This document shows, in pieces, positions 35,104-45,448 of a stretch of 64,000 bases of DNA. Under the pieces are notes generated by a model, which saw only the letters and a list, made by a program, of their open reading frames with translations, was not told the DNA's origin and did no database searches. The DNA is from Candidatus Cloacimonadales bacterium (lineage in GTDB: Bacteria; Cloacimonadota; Cloacimonadia; Cloacimonadales; JAIOQZ01). The first letter of the stretch is position 1, and the number at the start of each line of letters is the position of its first letter. The translations under genes and the position numbers were made by a program. Location of the stretch: positions 3,104,001-3,168,000 of the forward strand of contig OY771587.1 of the NCBI GenBank assembly GCA_963674825.1, read 5' to 3'.

Positions 35104-36054
35104 TTATTGCCCCGACGCAGCATCCGATTTGAAATGCTCCGACGATTTGGTGAATCGATCGACGAAATCGCCACTCATACGATACAGGGTGGATGTGTCG
35201 TCGTTCAATTTCAGGGCCAGTTCGGTCTCGTCATCCTGCTTCGCATTGGCCACCTGGAAGTGAGTGACATGGCCGTCTTTCCCGGTAATGGTCACGTCCA
35301 GCGCTGGCGAATCGAAGAACGGTCCGAAGACATCCCATTCGTTGTCGATGAAACGCCCCGAGCGCCCCTGTTCCAGCACGTTGAATATCTTCAGGAGCTG
35401 CTTGTTGGTTCTCGGGACGGAGAAGGTGTCCTTGTCGTCCTGATAAACCCACAGCGTATCGGTCGAGGTGAGTGAGTACGAATTTTTGGAATAGGTCACA
35501 TCGATGCGCTCGATCGTTTCGGGCACGAACTCGAGGATTTCCTTTTTACGCCATGTGATCAGCTTCGGCGACAAACGATAGGCTATGTTCTCATTGAACT
35601 GGTAGACTACCGGGTCGTTCAGGTGACGCACATTGCTGTAGCTCGCATTATCGCTCTTGCCGACGACGATAGCGTCGAGAAGGTTGCCGTCTTCACCGTA
35701 AAGCTCTAAAACACTACCCAGTTCTGGGGTGACATTGTATGCTTGGTGTGACGATTCGTTTTCCGCCAACGGAATGCTGGACACTCTGCCGTTGACAACA
35801 CGCTCGAACAACTCGTGAATCTTGCTGTTTCCGGCGGGGAAATCCATAGGTTGTGTGATGAACCATTTTCCCTGACGGCGCTCAAGCGTGAGTGTATCGG
35901 CTTTATCGTACATACGGATTTTCGCGATCTGGGTCGAATCGGCATCGATAATTCGGATGAAGGTCTCGCGTTCCTTGCCGGTTGTCTTCACAACCACAAA
36001 CACGACCACGAGCGCAACCAGAATCGCCAGATAGATCAGATTTTTCTTATCCAT
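35104..36054 (-). CDS. DUF4340-like membrane-anchored protein
   Basis: N-terminal TM, two repeated beta-rich units; typical position after GldG-like genes. Confidence 0.8.
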   Translation of the reverse strand: MDKKNLIYLAILVALVVVFVVVKTTGKERETFIRIIDADSTQIAKIRMYDKADTLTLERRQGKWFITQPMDFPAGNSKIHELFERVVNGRVSSIPLAENESSHQAYNVTPELGSVLELYGEDGNLLDAIVVGKSDNASYSNVRHLNDPVVYQFNENIAYRLSPKLITWRKKEILEFVPETIERIDVTYSKNSYSLTSTDTLWVYQDDKDTFSVPRTNKQLLKIFNVLEQGRSGRFIDNEWDVFGPFFDSPALDVTITGKDGHVTHFQVANAKQDDETELALKLNDDTSTLYRMSGDFVDRFTKSSEHFKSDAASGQ

Positions 36055-37777
36055 AGAGCTCTCCTAACTTTTTGCGTCTCTTCTTCTGTGCCAGGAACTG
36101 GAAAAGGCCCAGCAACAGCAGAAGAACCGGCGGCAGAACGTAGTTGATCCACTTGACCACCAGCTTGAAGTCGTTTTCGCGCTGGCGGAGTTTCTTGGAC
36201 TCTTCCAGCAGTCTGGATGCGCCTTCAGGTGACTTGGAGTCAACGCCGCGAAGATCGGAGTTCTTGATAAACCGGGTGATATCGAGCGGACTGAATTCCA
36301 CCTCGCGAGAGCGAAGCTGAATCAGGTCAGCATTCTCACTCATGGCATCCAGGGCGTTCAGTACGAATATCTGATTAGGTGTTACACCACGCTGTCCTCC
36401 ACCATTGAGGAACTCGGCGTCGGAAACCATCAAGATGGTTCCCTGGTCGGTGTGGTTGAGCGAATCGGCGAAATCGGGTGCTTCGTCATCGGAGAAATAG
36501 CTGTCGAACGCACCGGTGTAGAGTGCAGCGATCACCTGGCTTCCGATATAGCCCTTATCACCATTGTTGAACTTCTCGATATCCTGCTGGAAAGAGTAAT
36601 AGGACGTCGTCGCAGTTTGATCGGAAGACCACAGCAGCGGCTGGATTGTCTGCCCCGGTTTTACCGCAGAGGTATCGATGGGTGAGGTGAAGTACATGAC
36701 CAGATTGCTCAAGCTCGAGACAATCGGGCTGTTTTCATTCACCTTGTTGATGATCGGTACATAGGGCATGTTGATCGCTGCCCCATAGAGGTTCCTGCGC
36801 TGTCCGCAACTACGGTCGAGAACAAGCTCGTCTTTCATTACGATTCCCCAGCGTTCCATGGCATCCAGCAGGTTCGATTTGATCGGAGTAACCGATTGCT
36901 CGACCTTAAGCTTGTCCTGGAACATCAGGATATTGCCACCGGACATAAGGTACTGATCGATGTTAAAGAGCTGGTTGATCTCGAGTGAATCACTGACACC
37001 TGTGAGGATTAGTGCTTGCACGTCTTTATCGAGCGGCATGTTGAGATCAGTGGAACGAATCTCATAGTTTTCGCTGATGAGCGATTTCACATCGTGAAGC
37101 GGATCGGCTTGCGCCATAATCTGCTCTTTCAAGTTGGTATCATACTGCATACGTTGCATGATCTGCGGGATTTGCTCCTCGCGGATGAAGGGGTAGGCCT
37201 TCTTGATCTGCGCAACAATGTCGATGTTCTCGTAGATTGCTACGATGGGAAGGTTGGTTGCGGTAAGCTTTTTGATCTTGGAGGTGATCTCGTATTCCAG
37301 GCCGCGTGTGTTTTGCACGATCGGGATCACGTCACTCTTACCGTGATAGAGCATGACAAGCCCGAGATAGGCGTCGCGCGCCACGCGCTTGTCATTTTCC
37401 CAGTAATTGACCTGCGCCGGAGAGATACCCTGTTTCTTGGCTTCTTCGGCAAAATCGACTTCGTTCGAGGGATCGATAAACTCGAAGTAGAGCTGGCCAC
37501 CGGATGCAGAGCGATACTCGGCGAGAAGGTCTTTGGTATATTGACGGACGTCGCTGAGCTCGGGTGGAAGGTCTTTGGTGAAATAGGCCTTGACCACCAG
37601 GCGGTCGGACAGCTTGTCCATCAGGTCGTTGCTGACTTTGGACAGGGTATAAACTTGTCCGCGGGTCAGGTCGATTCGTGTATAAAGGTTCAGCGACAGC
37701 AGGTTCACAAAGATGATGATGCCGATGAACAGCAGAAGGTTGATCCACATTGATTTGGTGTTTTTTATCTTCATCAT
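36047..37777 (-). CDS. GldG-like ABC transporter auxiliary component
   Basis: RIDLT..YTLS, FIDP, LEYEITSKI, DQYLMSGG, C-terminal TM. Confidence 0.9.
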   Translation of the reverse strand: MMKIKNTKSMWINLLLFIGIIIFVNLLSLNLYTRIDLTRGQVYTLSKVSNDLMDKLSDRLVVKAYFTKDLPPELSDVRQYTKDLLAEYRSASGGQLYFEFIDPSNEVDFAEEAKKQGISPAQVNYWENDKRVARDAYLGLVMLYHGKSDVIPIVQNTRGLEYEITSKIKKLTATNLPIVAIYENIDIVAQIKKAYPFIREEQIPQIMQRMQYDTNLKEQIMAQADPLHDVKSLISENYEIRSTDLNMPLDKDVQALILTGVSDSLEINQLFNIDQYLMSGGNILMFQDKLKVEQSVTPIKSNLLDAMERWGIVMKDELVLDRSCGQRRNLYGAAINMPYVPIINKVNENSPIVSSLSNLVMYFTSPIDTSAVKPGQTIQPLLWSSDQTATTSYYSFQQDIEKFNNGDKGYIGSQVIAALYTGAFDSYFSDDEAPDFADSLNHTDQGTILMVSDAEFLNGGGQRGVTPNQIFVLNALDAMSENADLIQLRSREVEFSPLDITRFIKNSDLRGVDSKSPEGASRLLEESKKLRQRENDFKLVVKWINYVLPPVLLLLLGLFQFLAQKKRRKKLGELYG

Positions 37778-37787
37778 GGTGCCGCTC

Positions 37788-38504
37788 CTATTTCCATTTC
37801 CTTGTTTCCATCACCACAACGGCAAGTCGCAGGAATAGAAGGGTCAGCGTGATAAAGTATATCAGATCTCGCGTATCCAGGACGCCGCGTGACATCTTAT
37901 TGTAGTGATACAGAACACTGATGTACTGGAAGAATCCTGTCAGGTAGCTGGGCATGAAGCTCAGCATGTACTGGAGCAGGAAAAAGAAGAACGCGATTGC
38001 GAAGCTGATGATGAAGGCGATGATCTGGTTATCGGTCAGGCTGGAAGAGAAAATACCGATCGAGCTATAGACCGCGCCAAGTAGGAACAGCCCGACATAA
38101 CCGCAGATGATGGGGCCGAAGTCGATGTTCTTGCCCAGGATCAGGATAGTGATCAGGTGGACGAACGTGAAAATCAGTCCCAGTCCGATTAGCTTTGCCG
38201 CCGCGATGAACTTACCGACGACGATATCGCTGTCGTTGAGCGGCATCGTAGTGAGGATTTCCAGCGTACCGGCGTTCTTTTCCCGTGCGATGGTACCCAT
38301 GGTAATCGCCGGGATGATGAACATGAAGATGGTCGGGATGATGTTGAAAAGCACCATCAGAGATGCCTGATTGTATTTGAACAGCTCGTTCGAAAAGGTC
38401 ACTCCTGCGAAAAGCAGGAAGACGATCAGCACGATGTATGCCGCCGGTGACTTGATGTAGCTGTTGTATTCTTTCTTTTGGATGATCGATGCGTAACTCA
38501 TCAC
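37788..38504 (-). CDS. GldF-like ABC transporter permease
   Basis: SPAAYIV, PAITM...EK..GTLEIL, GKF, NQIIA, RGVLDTRD. Confidence 0.92.
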   Translation of the reverse strand: MMSYASIIQKKEYNSYIKSPAAYIVLIVFLLFAGVTFSNELFKYNQASLMVLFNIIPTIFMFIIPAITMGTIAREKNAGTLEILTTMPLNDSDIVVGKFIAAAKLIGLGLIFTFVHLITILILGKNIDFGPIICGYVGLFLLGAVYSSIGIFSSSLTDNQIIAFIISFAIAFFFFLLQYMLSFMPSYLTGFFQYISVLYHYNKMSRGVLDTRDLIYFITLTLLFLRLAVVVMETRKWK

Positions 38505-39478
38505 TCAGCCTCCTCTTGCTTCATCTGACGGGCTTCCGCCACACCTTCTTCTTCGACGGTGAGGTTGCGGAAGACCTTCTCCAGGCTGATCAGTTCGCGA
38601 TACATTTCCAGAAGCACCCATTCGCGCGTTTTGATGAACTTGTAAACCGCTTCACGACGATCATCACCACTGGGATATTCCAGCGTGATGTGATGAATGC
38701 CATCATCGTCCGTGGTGTATTTGAAGGTCTGAATGCCAGGCACCGCTTCGGTGATCGATTGCAATTCGTTCTCGTTTGCTTTTACGGTCAGCATAAGCTT
38801 GGTCAGTCCATGGAAGCTCGCTTTGAGTTCTTCGGTACTTCCGTTGGCGACGATCTTGCCTTTGTTGATGATCACGATGCGATCGCAGACTGCCTGCACT
38901 TCCTGCAGGATGTGGCTGGAAATGATGAGGGTCTTGTTCTTGCCGAGTTCCTTGATCAGTTCGCGGATTTCGAGGATCTGATTGGGGTCCAGACCGGTGG
39001 TGGGCTCGTCAAGGATCAGGATCTTTGGATCGTGGATTATCGCCTGAGCAAGTCCAACACGCTGGCGGTAACCTTTCGAAAGCGTCTGGATGGTGCGATT
39101 GACAACACCGTCAAGCCCACAGCGTGATACGACGCCTTTGAGGGTTCTCGCGAAGTCTTCGTCTTTGATACCGCGAGCATCGGCGATAAATTTCAAGTAG
39201 TCATAAACCAGCATATCTGGGTAAAGCGGATTGTTTTCGGGTAGATATCCGCAAAGCTGCCGGATTTCACGTGAATTGTCGAGGATATTGAGATGATCGA
39301 CCTGGATATTCCCCTGCGTCGGGGTAAGGTAGCCGGTGAGGATTCTCAATGTAGTTGATTTGCCGGCGCCATTTGGCCCCAGGAAACCGAGAATCTCGCC
39401 ATCCCGTACTTCGAAATCGATGTGATCGACAGCCCGAACATCCCCGTAATTCTTTACCAGATTTTGGATTTGAATCAT
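38501..39478 (-). CDS. GldA-like ABC transporter ATP-binding protein
   Basis: GPNGAGKST, LSKGYRQRVG, ILDEPT, SSH. Confidence 0.95.
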   Translation of the reverse strand: MIQIQNLVKNYGDVRAVDHIDFEVRDGEILGFLGPNGAGKSTTLRILTGYLTPTQGNIQVDHLNILDNSREIRQLCGYLPENNPLYPDMLVYDYLKFIADARGIKDEDFARTLKGVVSRCGLDGVVNRTIQTLSKGYRQRVGLAQAIIHDPKILILDEPTTGLDPNQILEIRELIKELGKNKTLIISSHILQEVQAVCDRIVIINKGKIVANGSTEELKASFHGLTKLMLTVKANENELQSITEAVPGIQTFKYTTDDDGIHHITLEYPSGDDRREAVYKFIKTREWVLLEMYRELISLEKVFRNLTVEEEGVAEARQMKQEEAE

Positions 39479-39618
39479 CGGGTCTCTCCTTTCTTCGGGG
39501 CTAAGTAGATTTGATGCTTGCCCTGTTATTTACTTACAACGGTTCAACGTCCTCAGAGCGCGAACGTTTCACATTTTAGACCGATGCAAAGAAAAACTTT
39601 TTATGTGGATAAAAGGGT

Positions 39619-40740
39619 CTATTCGAAATGGACTTCCTCATCCTCGTCCATGCTTGGTGGAGCAGAAAGCGAGATACGGTCGCCCTCTTCGAGACCGGAG
39701 ATGATCTCGACTTTCTGGAAGTCGTTAATACCCGTTTTCACAACGACTTCACCCGCGATCGTGTCGTTGACCACTTTATAAACGATGTCGTTACCTTCGT
39801 CGTTGTTGAAGATCGCGCGGATGGGAATGGTGACGATATCGGACTTGGTCTCGCCGATGATGGTCACGTTAGCAGTCATACCCGGCTTGAGGTGATCATC
39901 CGAATCGAGGATGGTGATTTCGATATCGAAGACCTTAACGTTGTTGCTCTCCTGGGCGGTAGCGGAAATCTTGGTGATCTTACCTTCGTAGTTCTTATAT
40001 GGGAAGGCATCGACCTGGATCGAAACGTCTTGATCTTTGTGGATCTTTGCGATATCGACCTCGTTGATGGATGAGCTGACAATCATGTTGGTAAGGTCGG
40101 CAAGCTTCACGATCACAGTACCTTCGGAATAGGATCCGATATCCGAGCGCACCATTTCGCCTTCTTCGACAAGCTTGTCGATCACGGTGCCCGATGCAGT
40201 GGCGACCACTTTCGCGATGGTGCCTTCGGTCTCGATATCTTCGATCAGCTGGTTCTGCTCGACCCATTTATCGTGCTCGAGATTCGCCTGAATGTATTCG
40301 TCTTCGGCATCGTCGAGTTCACGTTGTGAGATGAAATTCTTCTTGAAAAGCGAGCGGCTGTTCTGCACATCTTCCTCGGCGCGTTTCAGCCTGATTTCCG
40401 CGGAGCGAAGGTTATTCTTTATATTGGTTATCTGGGCTGACTGCTCGTAGGTCGGTTCAATGTACGCGATGATATCGCCGGTCTTCACATAGTCGTTCTC
40501 ATCCACGAAGAATTTGGTGACCTTTCCGCCGATCTTTGTCTTGATATCGATCTCACGAATTGGCTGGATCTCGCCGGTTTCTTCAAGCTTGATAACGATT
40601 TCGCCTTTTTCTACTTCCACCGATTTTACAGCGTTGAATTGGCCCATTATCATCTGAGCCTTCTTCTTCATGTGAACAACGCCAGCGACGATTACAGCGA
40701 TCACGACGATAACGATTATCCAGATAATCCACTTCTTCAT
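39619..40740 (-). CDS. Efflux periplasmic adaptor (MacA/HlyD-like)
   Basis: N-terminal TM, lipoyl halves, alpha-hairpin, INEVDI, LKPGMTA, EIISGL. Confidence 0.92.
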   Translation of the reverse strand: MKKWIIWIIVIVVIAVIVAGVVHMKKKAQMIMGQFNAVKSVEVEKGEIVIKLEETGEIQPIREIDIKTKIGGKVTKFFVDENDYVKTGDIIAYIEPTYEQSAQITNIKNNLRSAEIRLKRAEEDVQNSRSLFKKNFISQRELDDAEDEYIQANLEHDKWVEQNQLIEDIETEGTIAKVVATASGTVIDKLVEEGEMVRSDIGSYSEGTVIVKLADLTNMIVSSSINEVDIAKIHKDQDVSIQVDAFPYKNYEGKITKISATAQESNNVKVFDIEITILDSDDHLKPGMTANVTIIGETKSDIVTIPIRAIFNNDEGNDIVYKVVNDTIAGEVVVKTGINDFQKVEIISGLEEGDRISLSAPPSMDEDEEVHFE

Positions 40741-40906
40741 AAACACCTCAGTCATTTCTTAAAACAGTGATAGTTACAATCTATGTATGCCTGTGAGGCG
40801 TCAAGACATAATTTCAGGAGTCTGGAGTATAAGTGCATGGAGCTGTTAACCAAAACTGTGGCTAATACGGTCAGACTGGAAAACGTAATCCAACAATACG
40901 ATGTAA

Positions 40907-41382
40907 CTACTCGTAAAACTTCTTCTTCTCTATCATGATGCCAACACGCTTCTGAAGATCTTCGAAATCGCCCCAGAATTCAAGCGAATCATTGATGAAT
41001 ACAAATCCGTAAGGCTTTGTATCGGTGATCTCATCATACCCACGGGTTTCGTAGTTATATACCTTTTTATCCCGCATTCCATGTTGTAAACCAGTATATC
41101 GATCTTCACGGGGTCGGTTACATCAGGGATGTTCTCAGTGAAGGTTGAAACGAATTTTACCTTGAATTTCTTGCTTGCGGAGACGTATTCATCAAGCATA
41201 TCCTTTCCTGTGAAGACGACTGCCAGTTCGCGAAATGGACCAGATTTTACATATTTGATAACCTGCTCCTTAGTCTGTCCCTGTTCGATGCTGCGTAAAT
41301 GATGCTCAGCGATCTGACCAAGTGAGCATGAACTGAAGATCAAAGCAAGTAATAGCGCTGAAATGATGGCAATGCTTCTCAT
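40907..41382 (-). pseudogene. Lipoprotein gene with apparent -1 frameshift near 41063-41073
   Basis: Lipobox FSSC; alternative frame continues DKKVYNYETRG...PYGFVFINDSLEFWG...KFYE to TAG at 40907. Confidence 0.5.
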
Positions 41383-41498
41383 AAACTCCCCTTCATTCTT
41401 AATGAACTGAATTGTTTAACGGGATTCCGAAAGTGTCAAGAATTTAATCCGAGTGCCCCTCTGGGCACGCAGACGTCTTGTCCGCGTTCCATTAGAGA

Positions 41499-41525
41499 AG
41501 GGCAATCGCAGTGGATTGCCCCTAC
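41499..41525 (-). repeat. GTAG-type REP-like palindrome
   Basis: Minus strand GTAG-GGGCAATC-CACTGC-GATTGCCC. Confidence 0.55.
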
Positions 41526-41542
41526 GGCTCAGAAAGCCGATT

Positions 41543-43987
41543 CTATTTCATCATTACCATCTTGCGGATGAATGTCTGATCCTGAATCTTGAGGCGGTAG
41601 AAGTACACTCCGCTCGATTGCCCGGTCGCATCCCAGGTAATCGAATAGGAATTGGGTGGGAGGTAACTGTCCACAAGTGTCGCGACCTTCTGTCCCTTGA
41701 TGTTGTAAATATCCAGCGTAACCGGGCTGCTCTGCGCTATATCGAAGCGGATTACGGTCGTCGGATTGAACGGGTTGGGGTAGTTGCCCTGTAAGCGCGT
41801 AACCGGGATTACGTCCGCCTCATTGCCGACGAAGTAGATTTCCGCCGATACGGGATCGGATTCGACACCACCTGGATAGAGCGCGGTAATCTCGACCTGA
41901 TAGGTGTGGAAGAGCTCTGGATTCTCGATGATCCAGCTCAGTTCGGTGGTGCTTCCGGCAACCTCCGAATCGATATACACCATGTATTGCTCGGGGTCGT
42001 ATGTACTTTCCTGCGGTGCAGCCCATGTGAGGGAGATCGCGTCGCTGGAAAGCTCGTAACTGAGGTCTGTCGGAGGATTGTAGAGTGCGTACGTGAAGCT
42101 GACCGTTGCGGGAGCGGATTCACCGGCTTCATATTCCGCGGTTACCATGGCTGTATAGGTCTCCGTTTCGGTGAGGTCAAAAAGTGCCCAGCTATAGTTC
42201 GGCGTCTGGCCCAGAAACTCGCCGTCAAGGTAAATTCGATAGCCAACGAACGGCGATGTACTCCCTTCTGCAGGTTCTTCCCAGAACAGGACGGGATCGG
42301 GCCCTACAACCACGTAGAGGTTGGTTGGCGGCAAAAGCACGTCACCAGAATAGAGCATATTTCGATGGAAGGTAAAGGTCCCGTCATAGCATCCAACGAC
42401 GATATCCAGATCGCCGTCGGCATCCAGATCGACAAGCGCCGGTGTGGCGTTCTGGTCAACCGTCATATCGCTGAACAGGCTGGTGTTTTCAGTCCAGCCC
42501 ATACCGTTTTCAAAATAGGTTACATCGCCAAAAAGATTCCCGGCTGCGAAATCGTAATCGCCGTCACCATCGTAATCAGCAAAAGACGGTACACAGTTAG
42601 AGCCTACGTCGATTCCATTGAAGAAGCTGCTGTTCTCTACCCAGTTCGGTGTGCTTGCATCACCCTGATTCACAAGATAGGAAAGCGTGCCATCATCGCT
42701 GCCCACAGCGATGTCGAGGTCACCGTCGCCATCCATGTCGAGGAGCCGTGGCGCTGACCAGCCAGAGACGGAGAAACCAGGGAAATGGCCGGTTTCTTCC
42801 ATAAGTCCCATGCCGGTGTTGCGGTGGAAATAGAGGCTACCATTGAGGTCTCCCACGATCACGTCCGCGTCGCCGTCATTGTCAACATCACCAACGGTAA
42901 CTGCCGCGTAGATTGAGTGATCGATGCTCGCGAAATAGCTGTTATTTTCCTGCCATGCGGGACAATGAACATTGCCGATGTTCTCGTAGTACTTAATATC
43001 GCCGAGGTTACTGCCGCTGATCATGTCCAGGTCGCCGTCGCCATCGAAATCGTAGAAAACGGGATTACTGGCTCCGCCGACGTCGAGTGTTCCGCCAAAG
43101 AGGGTTGTGTTTTCAGCCCAACTTGGGTTTGAGCCGGTTCCGTTATTCACCTGATAAACCAGCGGACCGGATGCGGTTCCGTAAATGAGGTCTAGGACGT
43201 TATCTCCATCCAGATCGACCAGATCGGGTGAATTCCAGTAGGTTTCGGTGCCGAGACCCGCAAATGGCGTGTCGTTCTGTGTCCAGCTTCCATTGTTATT
43301 CTCGAAGTAGTTAAACAGGTGTCCATCGCGACCGCAGAAGATGTCCTGATCGCCGTCCGCGTCAAAGTCCGCGAAGATGGGATATGCATAGAGCCCGATG
43401 TCTTCGATTGTCTGCATGTTCGATTCGCTGAATTGCGCATTGGAGGCGGTACCTGTGTTCTCGTAAAGCAATACTGAGCCGTCTTCGCTGAGACCGACAA
43501 CCATATCGGAATCTCCATCTCCATCAGCGTCGGCGAGGTCCGGAACTGGATTGCTGCCAACGAGCAGTCCGCTGAAGAAACCAGCTTCGTGAGAAAATTC
43601 CGCTTGCGTGGCAGAGCCGATGTTGCGATAAAGATGCAGTCCGGTATAGCCACCGGTAACCAGATCAAGGTCGCCGTCGTTGTCAATATCCACGCAAACA
43701 CCCATTTCGGCGTCGAGCGATGAAACATCTTCGAAGAGGTCGTCGCCTGGCGCGAATGCCGGATTGGTAGCGCTTCCGGTGTTCTCGAAATAGAGCGGAG
43801 CCTGCGATGTGCTGCCGAGAATCATATCGAAATCTTCGTCGTTATCAAGATCGGCAAAGCGGGGTTGGGAGAATGTCAGGCTCGGAACGCCGCTGGGATT
43901 GAAGATGCTGTTATCCTGCTCCCAAGGCTGCGAAAAGAGCATATTTATTGTAAGTGCGAGAATTACGAAAATGATTGCTTTTTGCAT
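41543..43987 (-). CDS. Secreted FG-GAP/VCBS repeat protein with two Fn3-like domains and FlgD-Ig/T9SS-like CTD
   Basis: Many DxDxDGDxD repeats, Fn3-like W..P...Y.IY units, NYPNPFNP CTD; SD GGAGG. Confidence 0.92.
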   Translation of the reverse strand: MQKAIIFVILALTINMLFSQPWEQDNSIFNPSGVPSLTFSQPRFADLDNDEDFDMILGSTSQAPLYFENTGSATNPAFAPGDDLFEDVSSLDAEMGVCVDIDNDGDLDLVTGGYTGLHLYRNIGSATQAEFSHEAGFFSGLLVGSNPVPDLADADGDGDSDMVVGLSEDGSVLLYENTGTASNAQFSESNMQTIEDIGLYAYPIFADFDADGDQDIFCGRDGHLFNYFENNNGSWTQNDTPFAGLGTETYWNSPDLVDLDGDNVLDLIYGTASGPLVYQVNNGTGSNPSWAENTTLFGGTLDVGGASNPVFYDFDGDGDLDMISGSNLGDIKYYENIGNVHCPAWQENNSYFASIDHSIYAAVTVGDVDNDGDADVIVGDLNGSLYFHRNTGMGLMEETGHFPGFSVSGWSAPRLLDMDGDGDLDIAVGSDDGTLSYLVNQGDASTPNWVENSSFFNGIDVGSNCVPSFADYDGDGDYDFAAGNLFGDVTYFENGMGWTENTSLFSDMTVDQNATPALVDLDADGDLDIVVGCYDGTFTFHRNMLYSGDVLLPPTNLYVVVGPDPVLFWEEPAEGSTSPFVGYRIYLDGEFLGQTPNYSWALFDLTETETYTAMVTAEYEAGESAPATVSFTYALYNPPTDLSYELSSDAISLTWAAPQESTYDPEQYMVYIDSEVAGSTTELSWIIENPELFHTYQVEITALYPGGVESDPVSAEIYFVGNEADVIPVTRLQGNYPNPFNPTTVIRFDIAQSSPVTLDIYNIKGQKVATLVDSYLPPNSYSITWDATGQSSGVYFYRLKIQDQTFIRKMVMMK

Positions 43988-44110
43988 AGTGACCTCCACA
44001 TGTAATGTCATGAAAGAAACCAGCTACTATGCAATTGTCAATCAATTTTCGATAAATTGTTTTGATACCTCATATAGCTTATATGAAAACTTTGGGGTAG
44101 TTAAATTGCG

Positions 44111-44136
44111 AAAAAACGGGCAGGTTGCCCTGCCCG
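44111..44136 (-). terminator. Rho-independent terminator
   Basis: CGGGCAGG/CCTGCCCG hairpin plus T6 on the minus strand. Confidence 0.8.
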
Positions 44137-44156
44137 ATCAAATCTGATAAAAATTT

Positions 44157-44753
44157 CTATACACCATCTTCCGGAAGAAGGCGCGGTCTGCTTTCTTCAT
44201 CCCGGTTCATCCATTTTGCATAATAGAACTCGCGTTTACTCTGGATGTCTTCCATGTGCCTGTTTGCCCATTCGTAAGAATCGCCATTCATTTCAACATA
44301 TTGGCATGCATTCGGGGATTTCATGAATTTTTCGGATTCTACTTCTTCTTTGTGAATTGGCGCTAAAGAGAATCTGGCTTTAAAAGCGCCCATGCGAGGA
44401 ACGACTTCCACATAGTAGGTCTTGCCTTCTTCAAGATTTGCCGACATGAAATCAGCAGATTCGCCGACGGTCATGAAGAGATGCTCTCCCGGCTCGGCCA
44501 TAAAGGCCACTTTTTTCTTTGCAGCAACAAGTCCTACGATCTTGCACTCGTCACCTACGATATCGAAAACGCTTGATTGAATTGCCCCTCCAACAACGCT
44601 GGTGCGGAAGAATATTACAAGCGCTTTCCCCTGATCGGGTTGAGTGATTTCCATGCCTGGCTGTACCACCTGCATGTTTTTAACTGGGCCAGCGCAACCG
44701 CTGAGGATAAGAACGATGAAACCAATGATCAAAGTGCTTCTGATTGCTTTCAT
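44157..44753 (-). CDS. Lipoprotein (DUF2846-like)
   Basis: Lipobox LSGC; GKALVIFFR, EPGEH, LEEGKTYYV. Confidence 0.75.
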   Translation of the reverse strand: MKAIRSTLIIGFIVLILSGCAGPVKNMQVVQPGMEITQPDQGKALVIFFRTSVVGGAIQSSVFDIVGDECKIVGLVAAKKKVAFMAEPGEHLFMTVGESADFMSANLEEGKTYYVEVVPRMGAFKARFSLAPIHKEEVESEKFMKSPNACQYVEMNGDSYEWANRHMEDIQSKREFYYAKWMNRDEESRPRLLPEDGV

Positions 44754-44945
44754 TCTCGTTTGGTGCTCCTTCAAAATGATTTCCTATATTTAAGGATTGA
44801 AGAAACAATGTCAACACAATTTTAAATCGGAAAAGGAATGATAGAAGTTCTTTTTTTGTGTGAAATTGGAATTGGTTCAATGGCTTTCACACTTGACAAG
44901 CCGAATTGATATGAACAATATATGAAAAAGCTATGGAGGAAGTAC

Positions 44946-45386
44946 ATGGAAAGAGCATCGAAGGACTATTTGTGTTATTGCGGTCTCTATTGCAGGCAAT
45001 GCTCCTTGCTAACTGTGACCCCTCAGACGGCCAGAAAGCTTTATGAGATCATGAAACGTGACGGTTGGGAGTTTTTCGGCGAATACGAATTCAAAGGTTT
45101 CAAGGAATTCTGGGATGTATTACAGGCGGTCAGTAAACTGAACGAAACCTCGCCGCTTTGTCGGGGTGGTTGTGGAGACCCGGAGTGCAAGATCAGGATT
45201 TGCGCGAAAGAAAAGGGCGTGGATGTCTGTGCATTATGTGACGAGTACCCTTGTGATCTCATCCGGGGGTTTGATAAAAAGTATCACGTTCTCATCAAGA
45301 ATAACGATCGAATCAGGGAAATCGGGCTCAATGCATGGCTTGATGAAATGGATGCATTCGCAGATAATGGCAAGACATTCCCCTAA
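44946..45386 (+). CDS. Cys-rich DUF3795-like protein
   Basis: YCGLYCRQC, CRGGC, CKIRIC, CALCDEYPC; SD GGAGG. Confidence 0.85.
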   Translation: MERASKDYLCYCGLYCRQCSLLTVTPQTARKLYEIMKRDGWEFFGEYEFKGFKEFWDVLQAVSKLNETSPLCRGGCGDPECKIRICAKEKGVDVCALCDEYPCDLIRGFDKKYHVLIKNNDRIREIGLNAWLDEMDAFADNGKTFP

Positions 45387-45448
45387 ATGTTTTCAATCGA
45401 TTCGATAATTAATTGACAGATTAAAAACTGTATGGTAATAATACTTCT

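Noticed and set aside
42370..43870. Periodic repeats that might suggest an array
   Set aside because: They are coding FG-GAP repeats, degenerate at DNA level; no CRISPR-like repeat-spacer structure was seen in the window.
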